Below, piece by piece: positions 8,429 to 16,681 of a DNA stretch of 30,461 nucleotides. The stretch spans positions 1 through 30,461 of the forward strand of contig DATEPR010000191.1 of NCBI GenBank assembly GCA_035273045.1. The letters are read 5' to 3'. The translations under genes and the position numbers were made by a program. The stretch is from Pseudonocardiaceae bacterium (GTDB lineage Bacteria; Actinomycetota; Actinomycetes; Mycobacteriales; Pseudonocardiaceae). The notes beneath the pieces were generated by a model. The model ran no database searches. It saw only the letters and a list, made by a program, of their open reading frames with translations, and was not told the origin of the DNA. Within the stretch, counting starts at the first letter, position 1. Each line of letters opens with the position of its first letter.

Positions 8429-9145
8429 GTGCGGTCGCTCACTGAATTCCTCGTCATCGCGCTCGTTGTGACGCTCACGCCTGGCCCGGCCACCGCTAAC
8501 GTGCTGCGGGTCGCGGCTCGGGACGGGCGGCGTGCGGCACTGTCGGTGATCGTGGGCAACAGTGGTGGCGTGTTGATGTGGGGTGTGCTGTCGGCGGTGG
8601 GCGTCTCCTCGTTGATTCTGGCGTCGCGGATCGCCTACGACACGCTGCGCATTGGCGGGGCCGTCGTGTTGATCGCGATGGGGATACGGGTGTTGTGGCA
8701 GCGGCGGCACGGCGTTGCGCCTGCGGGGCCTGGTGTTACGCCCGCGGAGTCTGCTGGTGCGGGTGTGGAATCTGCTGTGCCGCCCGTGGGATCTGCTGAC
8801 GCGGTCGGTGCGGCGCAGGGCGGTGTCATGCCTGGTCGGTTGGTGCGGCGGGGGACTGGTGGGTGGCGGTCCGGTCTGGTTACCAGCGTGTCCAATCCCA
8901 AGTTGGCCGTGTTCTTCGTGGCGTTGTTTCCGCAGTTCGTCACACCGGGCAGCCCGGTCCTGCCCTACGCACTGGCCATGGCCACCGTGATCGTCCTCCT
9001 CGACGTGCTCTGGTTCTCCACGTTGGCGGTCGCCGTCGACCGCGCCACCACGATCTTCCGCCCGAAGGTGCGGCTGATCATGGAGCGATTCACCGGTCTC
9101 GTCATGGTCGGCCTCGGCGTCCGGCTCGCCACCGAGGCCCGCTGA
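8429..9145 (+). CDS. LysE/RhtB family translocator (amino-acid exporter), 238 aa, probably leaderless
   Basis: TPGP...G motif in TM1 and SNPKLAVFF in the second half. GTG 8429 lies 6 nt after TACATT (-10). The ORF-track start at 8243 falls inside the repeats. Confidence 0.9.
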   Translation: MRSLTEFLVIALVVTLTPGPATANVLRVAARDGRRAALSVIVGNSGGVLMWGVLSAVGVSSLILASRIAYDTLRIGGAVVLIAMGIRVLWQRRHGVAPAGPGVTPAESAGAGVESAVPPVGSADAVGAAQGGVMPGRLVRRGTGGWRSGLVTSVSNPKLAVFFVALFPQFVTPGSPVLPYALAMATVIVLLDVLWFSTLAVAVDRATTIFRPKVRLIMERFTGLVMVGLGVRLATEAR

Positions 9146-9160
9146 CCGTCCCGTGTGGAC

Positions 9161-9799
9161 TCAGCGCACGCCGGCCGGGCGGAACTGGATGCTGATGCGC
9201 GGCCCCACTTTCCTCGCTGTCTTGGGAACGGCGTGCTCCCAGGTGCGCTGACACGAACCACCCATGACGATCAGGTCGCCGTGGCCCAGCGCGTACCGCT
9301 GCGTCGGGCCGGTCACCGGGCCGCCGGGCCTTGGTCGCAGCATCAGCGTCCGGGGCGTGCCGACCGACACGATCGCCACCATCGTGTCCTCCGTGCTGCC
9401 CCGGCCGATCCGGTCGCCATGCCACGCCACGCTGTCCCGGCCGTCCCGGTACAGGCACAGGCCAACCGTCCGGAACGGCTCACCCAACTCGGCCGCGTAG
9501 TGCCCGCTCAGCGCCGCCCGCGCCTCGGCCAGCACCGCGTGCGGTAACCGGTCAGCCTCGTCGTAGAACGACAGCAGCCTGGGCACGTCCACCACCCGGT
9601 CGTACATCCGCCGCCGTTCCGCCTGCCACGGCACGTCCCCGGACAGCGCCTGGAACAGCGCGTCCGCACCACGCAGCCACCCCGGTAACACGTCGACCCA
9701 CGCGCCCGCACCCAGCGGGGTGCGGACGGCGGCGTCGAGCGAGCCGACGGCGATCGTGTCGAAGCCGTCGAGCAGGGAGCCCTGGAGTGCGGTTGCCAT
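9161..9799 (-). CDS. alkB: AlkB-family 2OG-Fe(II) dioxygenase (ALKBH2/3-like DNA repair demethylase)
   Basis: YDRVVDVPRL, YRDGRDSVAWHGD (HxD), WEHAVPK (distal His), RISIQFR (RxxxxxR). Confidence 0.9.
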   Translation of the reverse strand: MATALQGSLLDGFDTIAVGSLDAAVRTPLGAGAWVDVLPGWLRGADALFQALSGDVPWQAERRRMYDRVVDVPRLLSFYDEADRLPHAVLAEARAALSGHYAAELGEPFRTVGLCLYRDGRDSVAWHGDRIGRGSTEDTMVAIVSVGTPRTLMLRPRPGGPVTGPTQRYALGHGDLIVMGGSCQRTWEHAVPKTARKVGPRISIQFRPAGVR

Positions 9800-9819
9800 G
9801 GGGACAGAGTAGCGCGGAG

Positions 9820-9835
9820 TCGAACATATGTTCTA
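9820..9835. promoter_or_regulatory. LexA (SOS) box TCGAACATATGTTCTA in the alkB promoter
   Basis: One mismatch to the actinobacterial consensus TCGAAC-N4-GTTCGA. Lies just upstream of the minus-strand -10 TACTCT (9811-9806), which is 6 nt from the alkB ATG. Confidence 0.85.
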
Positions 9836-9872
9836 CTGATGTCGCCTGACCGGGTGGTGACAGACTGGCCAC

Positions 9873-10397
9873 GTGGTACGCAGGGCGGACGCGCGCCGCA
9901 ACCACACGCTGCTGGTGCTGGCCGCCCGGGAGGTCTTCGCCGAGCAGGGTTCCGGCGCGCCGCTGGAGGCCGTGGCCCGCCGGGCCGGGGTCGGCAACGC
10001 CACCATGTACCGGCATTTCGCCACCCGGCACGACCTGGTCATCGCCGTCTACGCCGACGAGACCGCCGCCCTGTGCGCCACCAGGCTGGCCGCCGATCCG
10101 CACGACGCCCTGTTCGCCTGGCTGCGCCGCCTGGTCGCCTACCTGGCCACCAAACGCGACATCGCCCTGGCACTGACCGATCCGGACCGTCCGGACTCGA
10201 CGCTGTTCGACCGCTGGCACCGCACCGTGCTCGGCACCCTCACCGGCCTGCTGGACGCCGCCAGGAACACGGTCCGGCCCGATCTCACCGCGACCGACCT
10301 GCTGCTGCTCGCCGCCGGCATCGCGGTCACCGACGCGCGGCGCCACGACCGCCTGCTGGACCTGGTCCGGAACGGCGCGCGGCTCCCGCCTCGCTGA
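9873..10397 (+). CDS. TetR/AcrR family transcriptional regulator
   Basis: RADARRNH...AREVFAEQG...LEAVARRAGVGNATMYRHFATR HTH. CAGACT 6 nt upstream suggests a leaderless start. Confidence 0.92.
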   Translation: MVRRADARRNHTLLVLAAREVFAEQGSGAPLEAVARRAGVGNATMYRHFATRHDLVIAVYADETAALCATRLAADPHDALFAWLRRLVAYLATKRDIALALTDPDRPDSTLFDRWHRTVLGTLTGLLDAARNTVRPDLTATDLLLLAAGIAVTDARRHDRLLDLVRNGARLPPR

Positions 10398-10412
10398 CGC
10401 CGGGCGGCCCGG

Positions 10413-11420
10413 TCACGCCGACTGCCGCACCACCAGTTCGGTCGGCAGGGTCGTCGTCGGCTCGATCCGCTCACCGGCGGCCAGGCGCAGCACCTGCCGG
10501 GCCATCTGCCGGCCGATCTGGATGATCGGCTGACGCACCGTGGTCAGCGGGGGATCGGCGTGCCTGGCGATGACGGTGTCGTCGAAGCCGACCACGGCGA
10601 CGTCGTCGGGCACCCGCCGGCCGGCGTCCCGCAACGCCTTGAGCGCACCCTGGGCCATCAGGTCGGACGCGGCGAACACGGCGTCGAGGCCGGGATCGTC
10701 GGCAAGCAGTTGACGCATGGCCGCCACGCCGGAGTCGAGGGTGAAGTCGCCGACCGCCACGATGGACCGGCGGGACGAGTCGTGCAGGGCCGACCGGTAG
10801 CCGGCGAGCCGGTCGATGCCGGCGATCATGTCCTGCGGTCCGGCGATCGTGGCGATGCGGGTGCGTCCGGTGTCCAGCAGGTGGCGGACCGCGGCCGCCG
10901 CGCCGCCCTTGTTGTCCACGCCGACATAGGGCAGCGGCGTGGACCCGAGCGGACGTTCGTTGCACACCACCGGAATCCCGGTCCTGGCCAGCGCGGCGGG
11001 CAGCGGGTCGGCACCGTGCAGGGACGCGAGCAGCACGCCGTCCACGTGCCGCGCCGCGACCGACCGCTCGATCCTGGCGTGACTGGCCGCCGACCCGGCG
11101 AGCATCAGCACCAACTGCTTGTCCGCCTGCTCCAGCACCTGGCTGACGCCGTTGACCACGCCGGGGAAGAACTGGTCGTCGGAGAAGACCCGGTCGGTCG
11201 ACTCGGGCAGGACCAGCGCGATCAGGTCGGTGCGCTGGGTGACCAGGGTTCGCGCCGCGTGATTCGGCACGTAGCCCAGTTCGTCGATGGCCCGGCGCAC
11301 CGCCGCCTGGCTGGACTCGGTCACGGCGAGTCCGTTGACCACCCGGGACACGGTCGCCCTGGACACTCCCGCCCGCGCCGCGACGCTCTCCAGCGTCGGC
11401 CGGCCCGCCGCCCGACCCAC
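10413..11420 (-). CDS. LacI family transcriptional regulator (CelR-like)
   Basis: PTLESVAARAGVSRATVSRVVNG HTH; YVPNHAARTL; GFDD...PPLTTVRQP. Confidence 0.95.
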   Translation of the reverse strand: MGRAAGRPTLESVAARAGVSRATVSRVVNGLAVTESSQAAVRRAIDELGYVPNHAARTLVTQRTDLIALVLPESTDRVFSDDQFFPGVVNGVSQVLEQADKQLVLMLAGSAASHARIERSVAARHVDGVLLASLHGADPLPAALARTGIPVVCNERPLGSTPLPYVGVDNKGGAAAAVRHLLDTGRTRIATIAGPQDMIAGIDRLAGYRSALHDSSRRSIVAVGDFTLDSGVAAMRQLLADDPGLDAVFAASDLMAQGALKALRDAGRRVPDDVAVVGFDDTVIARHADPPLTTVRQPIIQIGRQMARQVLRLAAGERIEPTTTLPTELVVRQSA

Positions 11421-11447
11421 CTGACCTCCGAGCCGCGCCCCTCACCG

Positions 11448-11461
11448 TGAGAGCGCTCTTA
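11448..11461. promoter_or_regulatory. LacI-type operator TGAGAGCGCTCTTA (lacI-proximal)
   Basis: One mismatch from the perfect copy at 11535-11548; central AGCGCT typical of LacI-family operators. Confidence 0.8.
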
Positions 11462-11500
11462 ACACCACATTAAGCGGTTCTGGGCAATTTTGCCGGATGC

Positions 11501-11529
11501 TTGACGATATGTGTGAACGGCATCACTCT
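11501..11529 (+). promoter_or_regulatory. Sigma70/HrdB-type promoter for GH64: TTGACG-N17-CACTCT
   Basis: -35 at 11501-11506, -10 at 11524-11529; the operator begins 5 nt after the -10. Confidence 0.65.
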
Positions 11530-11534
11530 CAGTG

Positions 11535-11548
11535 TGAGAGCGCTCTCA
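11535..11548. promoter_or_regulatory. LacI-type operator, perfect palindrome TGAGAGCGCTCTCA
   Basis: Lies between the -10 and the AGGAGG SD of GH64; two-position variant of the CelR box TGGGAGCGCTCCCA. Confidence 0.88.
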
Positions 11549-11560
11549 GGAGGAGACAGG

Positions 11561-12694
11561 ATGCCCACCAGAAGGAACTTCCTACGCTGGTCAGCCGCTG
11601 CCGCCGCGCTGGCCGCGATCCCGGTCACCGACCTGGCCACCCGCGCGACCGCCACCGCGGCGACCACCCTGCCGCTGACCGTCGTCAACGACACCGGCCG
11701 CTTCGCGGACACGGCGATCTGGTTCTACATCGTCGGCGTCAACCCGGCCGGCCAGCAGGTCTACGTGCGGGCGGACGGCACGCCGGTGGTGGTGACGCCG
11801 TCGCTGAACGGCCCGGACGGCTTCGCCGACCTGTCCATCCCACTGGGCACCACGGTGAACCTGCCGCAGATGTCCGGGCGGATCTACTTCTCCATCAACG
11901 ACAAGCTGAAGTTCAAGGTGGTCGGCGCCAACGCGCTGCAGTACCCGGCCGGCTGGGTGAGCACGGACCCCAGCTTCAACGTCCTGCACGACTGGGTCGA
12001 GTTCACGCTCAACCCGTCCGGCATGTTCTGCAACACCACGATGGTGGACATGTTCGGCGTCCCGCTGGCCATCCACCTGGCCGGCGCCAGCCAGCAGACC
12101 ACGGGCACCCTCGTGGCCGGTGGCCGCACGGCGATCATGAACGGCATCGCCGCGCAGCCCGGTTTCGGACAACTGGTGCTGGCCAACGGATTGCGGGTGA
12201 TCGCGCCCGGCCACGGCATCGACGCCGGCCTGTTCTCGCCGACCTACTACGACGCCTACGTCAACCAGGTGTGGAGCACGTACACGGCCACGAACCTGAA
12301 CGTCACGGTCAACGGCACCACCCTGGCCGGCCGGGTGTCCGGCGGCAGCCTGGTGTTCGCCGGTGGTGGCGGCACCTTCGCCAAGCCCACCACGCAGGAC
12401 ATCTTCTACTGCGCCGGAGCCCTGGCCCCGCCCGCCGGCACGGCCGGACCGGTCGCCGCCGTGCTCGGCGCCGCGTTCAACCGGTCCACCCTGCTGTCCA
12501 GCGCGCAGCAGCCGGTGAACGACGCGGCCGCCTTCTACCAGAACGCGACCACGAACCACTACGCGCGGATCATCCACCAGAACACCGTGGACGGTAAGGC
12601 GTACGGGTTCCCGTTCGACGACGTCAGCGGGTTCGCCGCCTTCGTCTCGGACGGCGCGCCCACGTCGATCACGGTGACGTTGACCCCGTTCTGA
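11561..12694 (+). CDS. GH64 (thaumatin-like) beta-1,3-glucanase with Tat signal peptide, 377 aa
   Basis: MPTRRNFL twin-arginine signal; DWVEFT...NTTMVDMF (catalytic Glu/Asp region); LRVIAPGHG; NHYARIIH...YGFPFDDV; AGGAGG SD before ATG 11561. Confidence 0.92.
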   Translation: MPTRRNFLRWSAAAAALAAIPVTDLATRATATAATTLPLTVVNDTGRFADTAIWFYIVGVNPAGQQVYVRADGTPVVVTPSLNGPDGFADLSIPLGTTVNLPQMSGRIYFSINDKLKFKVVGANALQYPAGWVSTDPSFNVLHDWVEFTLNPSGMFCNTTMVDMFGVPLAIHLAGASQQTTGTLVAGGRTAIMNGIAAQPGFGQLVLANGLRVIAPGHGIDAGLFSPTYYDAYVNQVWSTYTATNLNVTVNGTTLAGRVSGGSLVFAGGGGTFAKPTTQDIFYCAGALAPPAGTAGPVAAVLGAAFNRSTLLSSAQQPVNDAAAFYQNATTNHYARIIHQNTVDGKAYGFPFDDVSGFAAFVSDGAPTSITVTLTPF

Positions 12695-13373
12695 GCTCGA
12701 TCCAGCCGAGGACCGTGTCGGCGAACTCGTCCGGCCGGCCGGCGTGCACGTTGTGGCCGGCGGGGATCGTGCGGAACGTGGCGTCCGGAATGCGGTCGGC
12801 GGCGTCGGCGAGCAGGTCCTGCGGGATGTGGCTGTCCGGGCCGCCGCCGATGATCAACGCCGGCGCGGTGATGGTGGCCAGCGCGGCCCACAGCCGCGGG
12901 TCCCCGGCGTTCACGGCGCCCACGATCGCGGGGACCACGGCCCAGTCGAACCCGATCGGCTCGGCCGGCCGTTCGGGTAGCGGCCGGTCCCGGCGGTAGG
13001 GCGGCGGAACGTCCTCGACGACGATCCGCGACACCAGGTCCGGCCGGGCGAGCGCGACCCGGTAGGTGACGACGCCACCCATCGAGTGCCCGACGAGCGT
13101 GACGCCGGTCAGCTCCAGCGCGTCCAGGAAGGCGACGGCGTCCGCGCACAGGGCGTCGAACGAGTACACCCCGGGCCGGTCGCTGTCGCCGTGCCCGCGC
13201 TGGTCGACCGCGTACACCCGGTGGTGCCGGGCGAACCGCGCCAGCACCGGTGCCCAGTCCGCCCGCGAGTCGCCGAGCGCGTGCAGCAACACCATCGGCG
13301 GAGCGTCCGGCTCGCCCGTGACGTCGTACCCGAGCCGGACCCCGTTGACCACGATGCTCCTGGCGTCCCCCAT
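12669..13373 (-). CDS. Alpha/beta fold hydrolase, 234 aa, probably leaderless
   Basis: LLHALG, DQRGHGDS, GHSMGG nucleophile elbow, AGHNVH. ATG 13373 lies 6 nt after TACGAT. Overlaps the GH64 3' end by 26 nt. Confidence 0.9.
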   Translation of the reverse strand: MGDARSIVVNGVRLGYDVTGEPDAPPMVLLHALGDSRADWAPVLARFARHHRVYAVDQRGHGDSDRPGVYSFDALCADAVAFLDALELTGVTLVGHSMGGVVTYRVALARPDLVSRIVVEDVPPPYRRDRPLPERPAEPIGFDWAVVPAIVGAVNAGDPRLWAALATITAPALIIGGGPDSHIPQDLLADAADRIPDATFRTIPAGHNVHAGRPDEFADTVLGWIELRTGSTSP

Positions 13374-13421
13374 GCCGGCATCGTACGGCGGTCGTCGGCG
13401 GTGGATGCGACACTGCCGGGC

Positions 13422-14012
13422 ATGATCGGACCCGAAGCGAAGGCGGACCTGCACCGCTACCTGAAGACCGTGCGGGAAGCCGTGCTGTGGAAGCTGGACG
13501 GACTGTCCGAGTACGACGTCCGGCGGCCGCTGACGCCGACCGGTACCAACCTGCTGGGCCTGGTCAAACACCTCGCCACCATGGAGGCGGGGTACTTCGG
13601 CGAGGTCTTCGGCCGTCCGTTCGGCGAACCGCTGCCCTGGATCGCCGACGACGCCGAACCGAACGCCGACATGTGGGCGACCGCGGACGAGTCGCGCGAG
13701 CAGGTCGTCGGGCTGTACCGCCGGTCATGGGCGCACGCGGACGCGACGATCGAAGCGCTCGGGCTGGACGCGACCGGCCACGTCTCCTGGTGGGCGGAGG
13801 GCCGGCGCGAGGTGACGCTGCACCGGATCCTGGTGCACATGATCGCCGAGACCAACCGGCACGCCGGCCACGCCGACATCGTCCGGGAACTCGTCGACGG
13901 AGCCGCCGGGCTCCGCCCGGACGTGGCCAACATGGCGCCCGGCGACCAGGCTTGGTGGGAGAGCTACCGGAACCGGCTGGAGCGGGTGGCGCAGCAGGCC
14001 GGCCGCGGTTAG
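13422..14012 (+). CDS. DinB family / DUF664 protein, 196 aa
   Basis: REAVLWKLDGLSEYDVRRPLTPTGTNLLGLVKH and HMIAETNRHAGHADIVRE motifs. Start moved from 13086 to ATG 13422. Confidence 0.88.
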   Translation: MIGPEAKADLHRYLKTVREAVLWKLDGLSEYDVRRPLTPTGTNLLGLVKHLATMEAGYFGEVFGRPFGEPLPWIADDAEPNADMWATADESREQVVGLYRRSWAHADATIEALGLDATGHVSWWAEGRREVTLHRILVHMIAETNRHAGHADIVRELVDGAAGLRPDVANMAPGDQAWWESYRNRLERVAQQAGRG

Positions 14013-15253
14013 CTCGGTGCGGGCACGCCCACCGACGCCAGGTACTTCTCGGCCAGTTCCGGGTCCATGAACCACTTGGCGAAGTCGGACGGGTCGGCGA
14101 ACCCGTTCACGAAGCGGCTGGCCACCTCGGGCACCGCGCTGGCGACGCCGAGGATGTTCATCACATGCGGCGGTGGCGGCATCAGCATCGCGTTGGTCCA
14201 CGTCGTGGCGTACTGGGCGTCGGACCAGAACTCGTCGAACGTGCCGCGCATCCAGTCGTCGTCGAACGGCTGGTCGCCCCGGTCCAGGATGCGGCGCAGG
14301 TAGGCGGCCGCGCACTTGCTGGCGTTGTTGGAGCCCTGCCCGGTGATCGGGTCGTTGGCGACGACGACGTCGGCCATGCCGAGCACCTTGCCGCCGGACG
14401 GCAGCCGGCCGATCGGCTGGCGCACCACGGGCGTGTAGCCGCCGGACAGGACGCCGTGCGCGTCGGTCAGCTCGACCGAGCCGCACCGGTCGTACTCCCA
14501 CGGCACGTACGTCCGCATCAGCTCCAGGAACCGGGTCAGGTGCTCGGCCGGGGCCGGCCGGTCCTGCCAGCAGTCCAGCGGGCCGCCCGGAATGCCCTCG
14601 AAGAACAGGATGTCGCACGGCCCGCTCAGCGTGTAGCCGGGAATCATGAACAGCTCGCCGATGCCGGGCACGGCGTTGAAGCGCACCGCGGTCAGGTTCG
14701 GGTGCTCCGGGCGCGGCGCCAGGCCGTGCACGTAGACGACGGACAGCGCGCGTTGCGGGCTGCTGTACGGCGAGCGCTCCGGGTCGCGGTCGAACAGCTG
14801 CACCAGTTCACCCTTGCCCGCCGCGACGATCACCAGGTCGTACAGCTTGGTGAGCGCGTCCAGGTCGGACGTGGTGACGCCGTGGTAGACGACCTGGCCG
14901 CCGCGGTCCTCCAGCAGCTCCAGCCAGCCGGCCATCTTGACCCGCTGGTCCACCGACTGCGCGTGCTCACGCAGTTCGGCGACCCAGTCCAGCGCCCGGC
15001 TGCCGTCCGGCCCGGCGATCGACAGGCCGATGCCGCCGACGTTCGGGCACTTCTCCTCCCACAGGTTCAGGTCGTAGTCCCGCTCGTGCTGGAGGGCCGG
15101 CCCGAACATGCACTGGGTGGACATCACCCAGCCGGCGCGGATCTCGTCCGGCGTGCGGGCCGACATGACCGTCACGTCGTAGTCGTGCCGCCGCAGGCTC
15201 AACGCCAGTTGCAGCCCCGACTGACCGGCACCGACGATCAGCACCTTGCGCAT
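14009..15253 (-). CDS. Styrene/indole monooxygenase-like FAD-dependent oxygenase (StyA-like), 414 aa
   Basis: MRKVLIVGAGQSG Rossmann motif; SVDQRVK; VAAGKG; ADVVVANDPITGQGSNNA. SD-like AGGAAGG 17 nt after the cvnD stop. Confidence 0.88.
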   Translation of the reverse strand: MRKVLIVGAGQSGLQLALSLRRHDYDVTVMSARTPDEIRAGWVMSTQCMFGPALQHERDYDLNLWEEKCPNVGGIGLSIAGPDGSRALDWVAELREHAQSVDQRVKMAGWLELLEDRGGQVVYHGVTTSDLDALTKLYDLVIVAAGKGELVQLFDRDPERSPYSSPQRALSVVYVHGLAPRPEHPNLTAVRFNAVPGIGELFMIPGYTLSGPCDILFFEGIPGGPLDCWQDRPAPAEHLTRFLELMRTYVPWEYDRCGSVELTDAHGVLSGGYTPVVRQPIGRLPSGGKVLGMADVVVANDPITGQGSNNASKCAAAYLRRILDRGDQPFDDDWMRGTFDEFWSDAQYATTWTNAMLMPPPPHVMNILGVASAVPEVASRFVNGFADPSDFAKWFMDPELAEKYLASVGVPAPS

Positions 15254-15270
15254 GCTTGCCTTGCCTTCCT

Positions 15271-15873
15271 TCAGACTCCGTAGGACAGCTGGAGATCCAT
15301 GCAGTAGGACACCAGCTCCTGCAGGACCTTCACCACCGAACCCGTGTCGCGGGCGTCGCAGGTGGTCAGCGGGACGTCCGGGGACAGCGCCAGCGCGTCC
15401 CGCACCTCGTCCAGGTCGTGGCGCAGTTCGCCGTCGAACATGTTGACGGCCACGATGAACGGCACATCCGAGTCGTTCTCGAAGTAGTTGATCGCGGCGA
15501 ACGACTCGGCGATCCGGCGCGTGTCCACCAGCACCACGGTGCCCAGCGCGCCACGCGACAGGTCGTCCCACAGGAACCAGAACCGCGCCTGGCCGGGCGT
15601 GCCGAACAGGTACAGCACCAGGTCGGAGTGCAGGGTGATGCGGCCGAAGTCCATCGCGACCGTGGTGGTGGTCTTGCCGCTGCCGGAAAGATGGGGGTCG
15701 ACCGGGTCGACGTCCTCGCTGGCCTCCGTCATCCACGCCTCGGTGTTGATCGGGGCGACCTCGGACACCGAGCTGACGAACGTCGTCTTGCCGACCCCGA
15801 AACCACCGGCGACCACGATCTTCGCCGAGATCAGCAGCGAAGACGTGTCAGGCGGGAAGTTTCTTGAGTCCAT
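15271..15873 (-). CDS. cvnD: Conservon small GTPase (ATP_bind_1)
   Basis: KIVVAGGFGVGKTT P-loop; TTTVAMDFGRI; LFGTPGQARFWFLWDDL; VNMFD; CDAR. Confidence 0.92.
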   Translation of the reverse strand: MDSRNFPPDTSSLLISAKIVVAGGFGVGKTTFVSSVSEVAPINTEAWMTEASEDVDPVDPHLSGSGKTTTTVAMDFGRITLHSDLVLYLFGTPGQARFWFLWDDLSRGALGTVVLVDTRRIAESFAAINYFENDSDVPFIVAVNMFDGELRHDLDEVRDALALSPDVPLTTCDARDTGSVVKVLQELVSYCMDLQLSYGV

Positions 15874-16216
15874 CGAGGATCCTCCCCAAGATGTTCTGGT
15901 CGTAGGCGTACGAGTAACCAGTGGGGTGGATGAACACCATCTCCGCCGCCGCGAGGTCCGACAGGAGCACCCGGATCACGCCGAGCGGGATGGTCAGGTG
16001 CGCGGACAGTTCGGCGATGGACGTGGTCTCCCGCGCCCGCTCGTACAGTGCCTGCGACTCCGGCATCAGCGACGAGCTGAACTGCGGGTCGTAGTGGGGG
16101 ACGGAGACCAGTGTCTCCACGAGCAGATGGTGGCGCGGTCTGGTCCGGCCGCCGGTGATCGCGTATGGCCGCACCCGCAAGCTGCGCATTGTGGTGTTCG
16201 CCACGCTGTTAACCAC
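15848..16216 (-). CDS. cvnC: Conservon DUF742 protein
   Basis: VRPYAITGGRTRP; SIAELSAHLTIPLGVIRVLLSDL; ILDGLKKL; GAGGAG SD. Confidence 0.92.
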   Translation of the reverse strand: MVNSVANTTMRSLRVRPYAITGGRTRPRHHLLVETLVSVPHYDPQFSSSLMPESQALYERARETTSIAELSAHLTIPLGVIRVLLSDLAAAEMVFIHPTGYSYAYDQNILGRILDGLKKLPA

Positions 16217-16237
16217 TGTGGTCGCTCCTCATGACGA

Positions 16238-16681
16238 TCAGTCCACCGGGCGCCTGGCGGTGACCACGCGACGCAGGTCGGCGCGCAACTGCGGGGTCAG
16301 CGCGTGCCCTGCCTTGTCCACGAACTGGGTCATCTCGTAGCCCACCACCCTCATGTCGCAGCCGCTGGAGGTCAGCACGCCGAAGCCGGCACTCCTGCCG
16401 ATGCCCATGAACAGGAAGTAACCACGGGAGAGCCGCACGATGATCTGTTCGCAGTTGCCCTTGTCGAACAGCCCGGCGGCGTTGCCGGCCAGGCTGAGCA
16501 GCCCGCTGGAGATGGCGGCGAGCTGCTCGGACTCGTCGGCGCCCAGCGAGTCCGACACCACCAGCGGGAAGCCGTCGGCCGACATCACCAGGGCGTGCGT
16601 CACGCCGTGCACGCGCTGCACGAAGCCGTTCAGCAGCCACGCGAAGTCCTGGGGGCTCGTGATGGCCGAGTCAGGTGTCAT
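16238..16681 (-). CDS. cvnB: Conservon Roadblock/LC7 domain protein, 147 aa
   Basis: FAWLLNGFVQRVHGVTHALVMSADG; EQLAAISSGLLSL; VGYEMTQFV. Start moved to ATG 16681, overlapping the cvnA stop. Confidence 0.92.
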   Translation of the reverse strand: MTPDSAITSPQDFAWLLNGFVQRVHGVTHALVMSADGFPLVVSDSLGADESEQLAAISSGLLSLAGNAAGLFDKGNCEQIIVRLSRGYFLFMGIGRSAGFGVLTSSGCDMRVVGYEMTQFVDKAGHALTPQLRADLRRVVTARRPVD

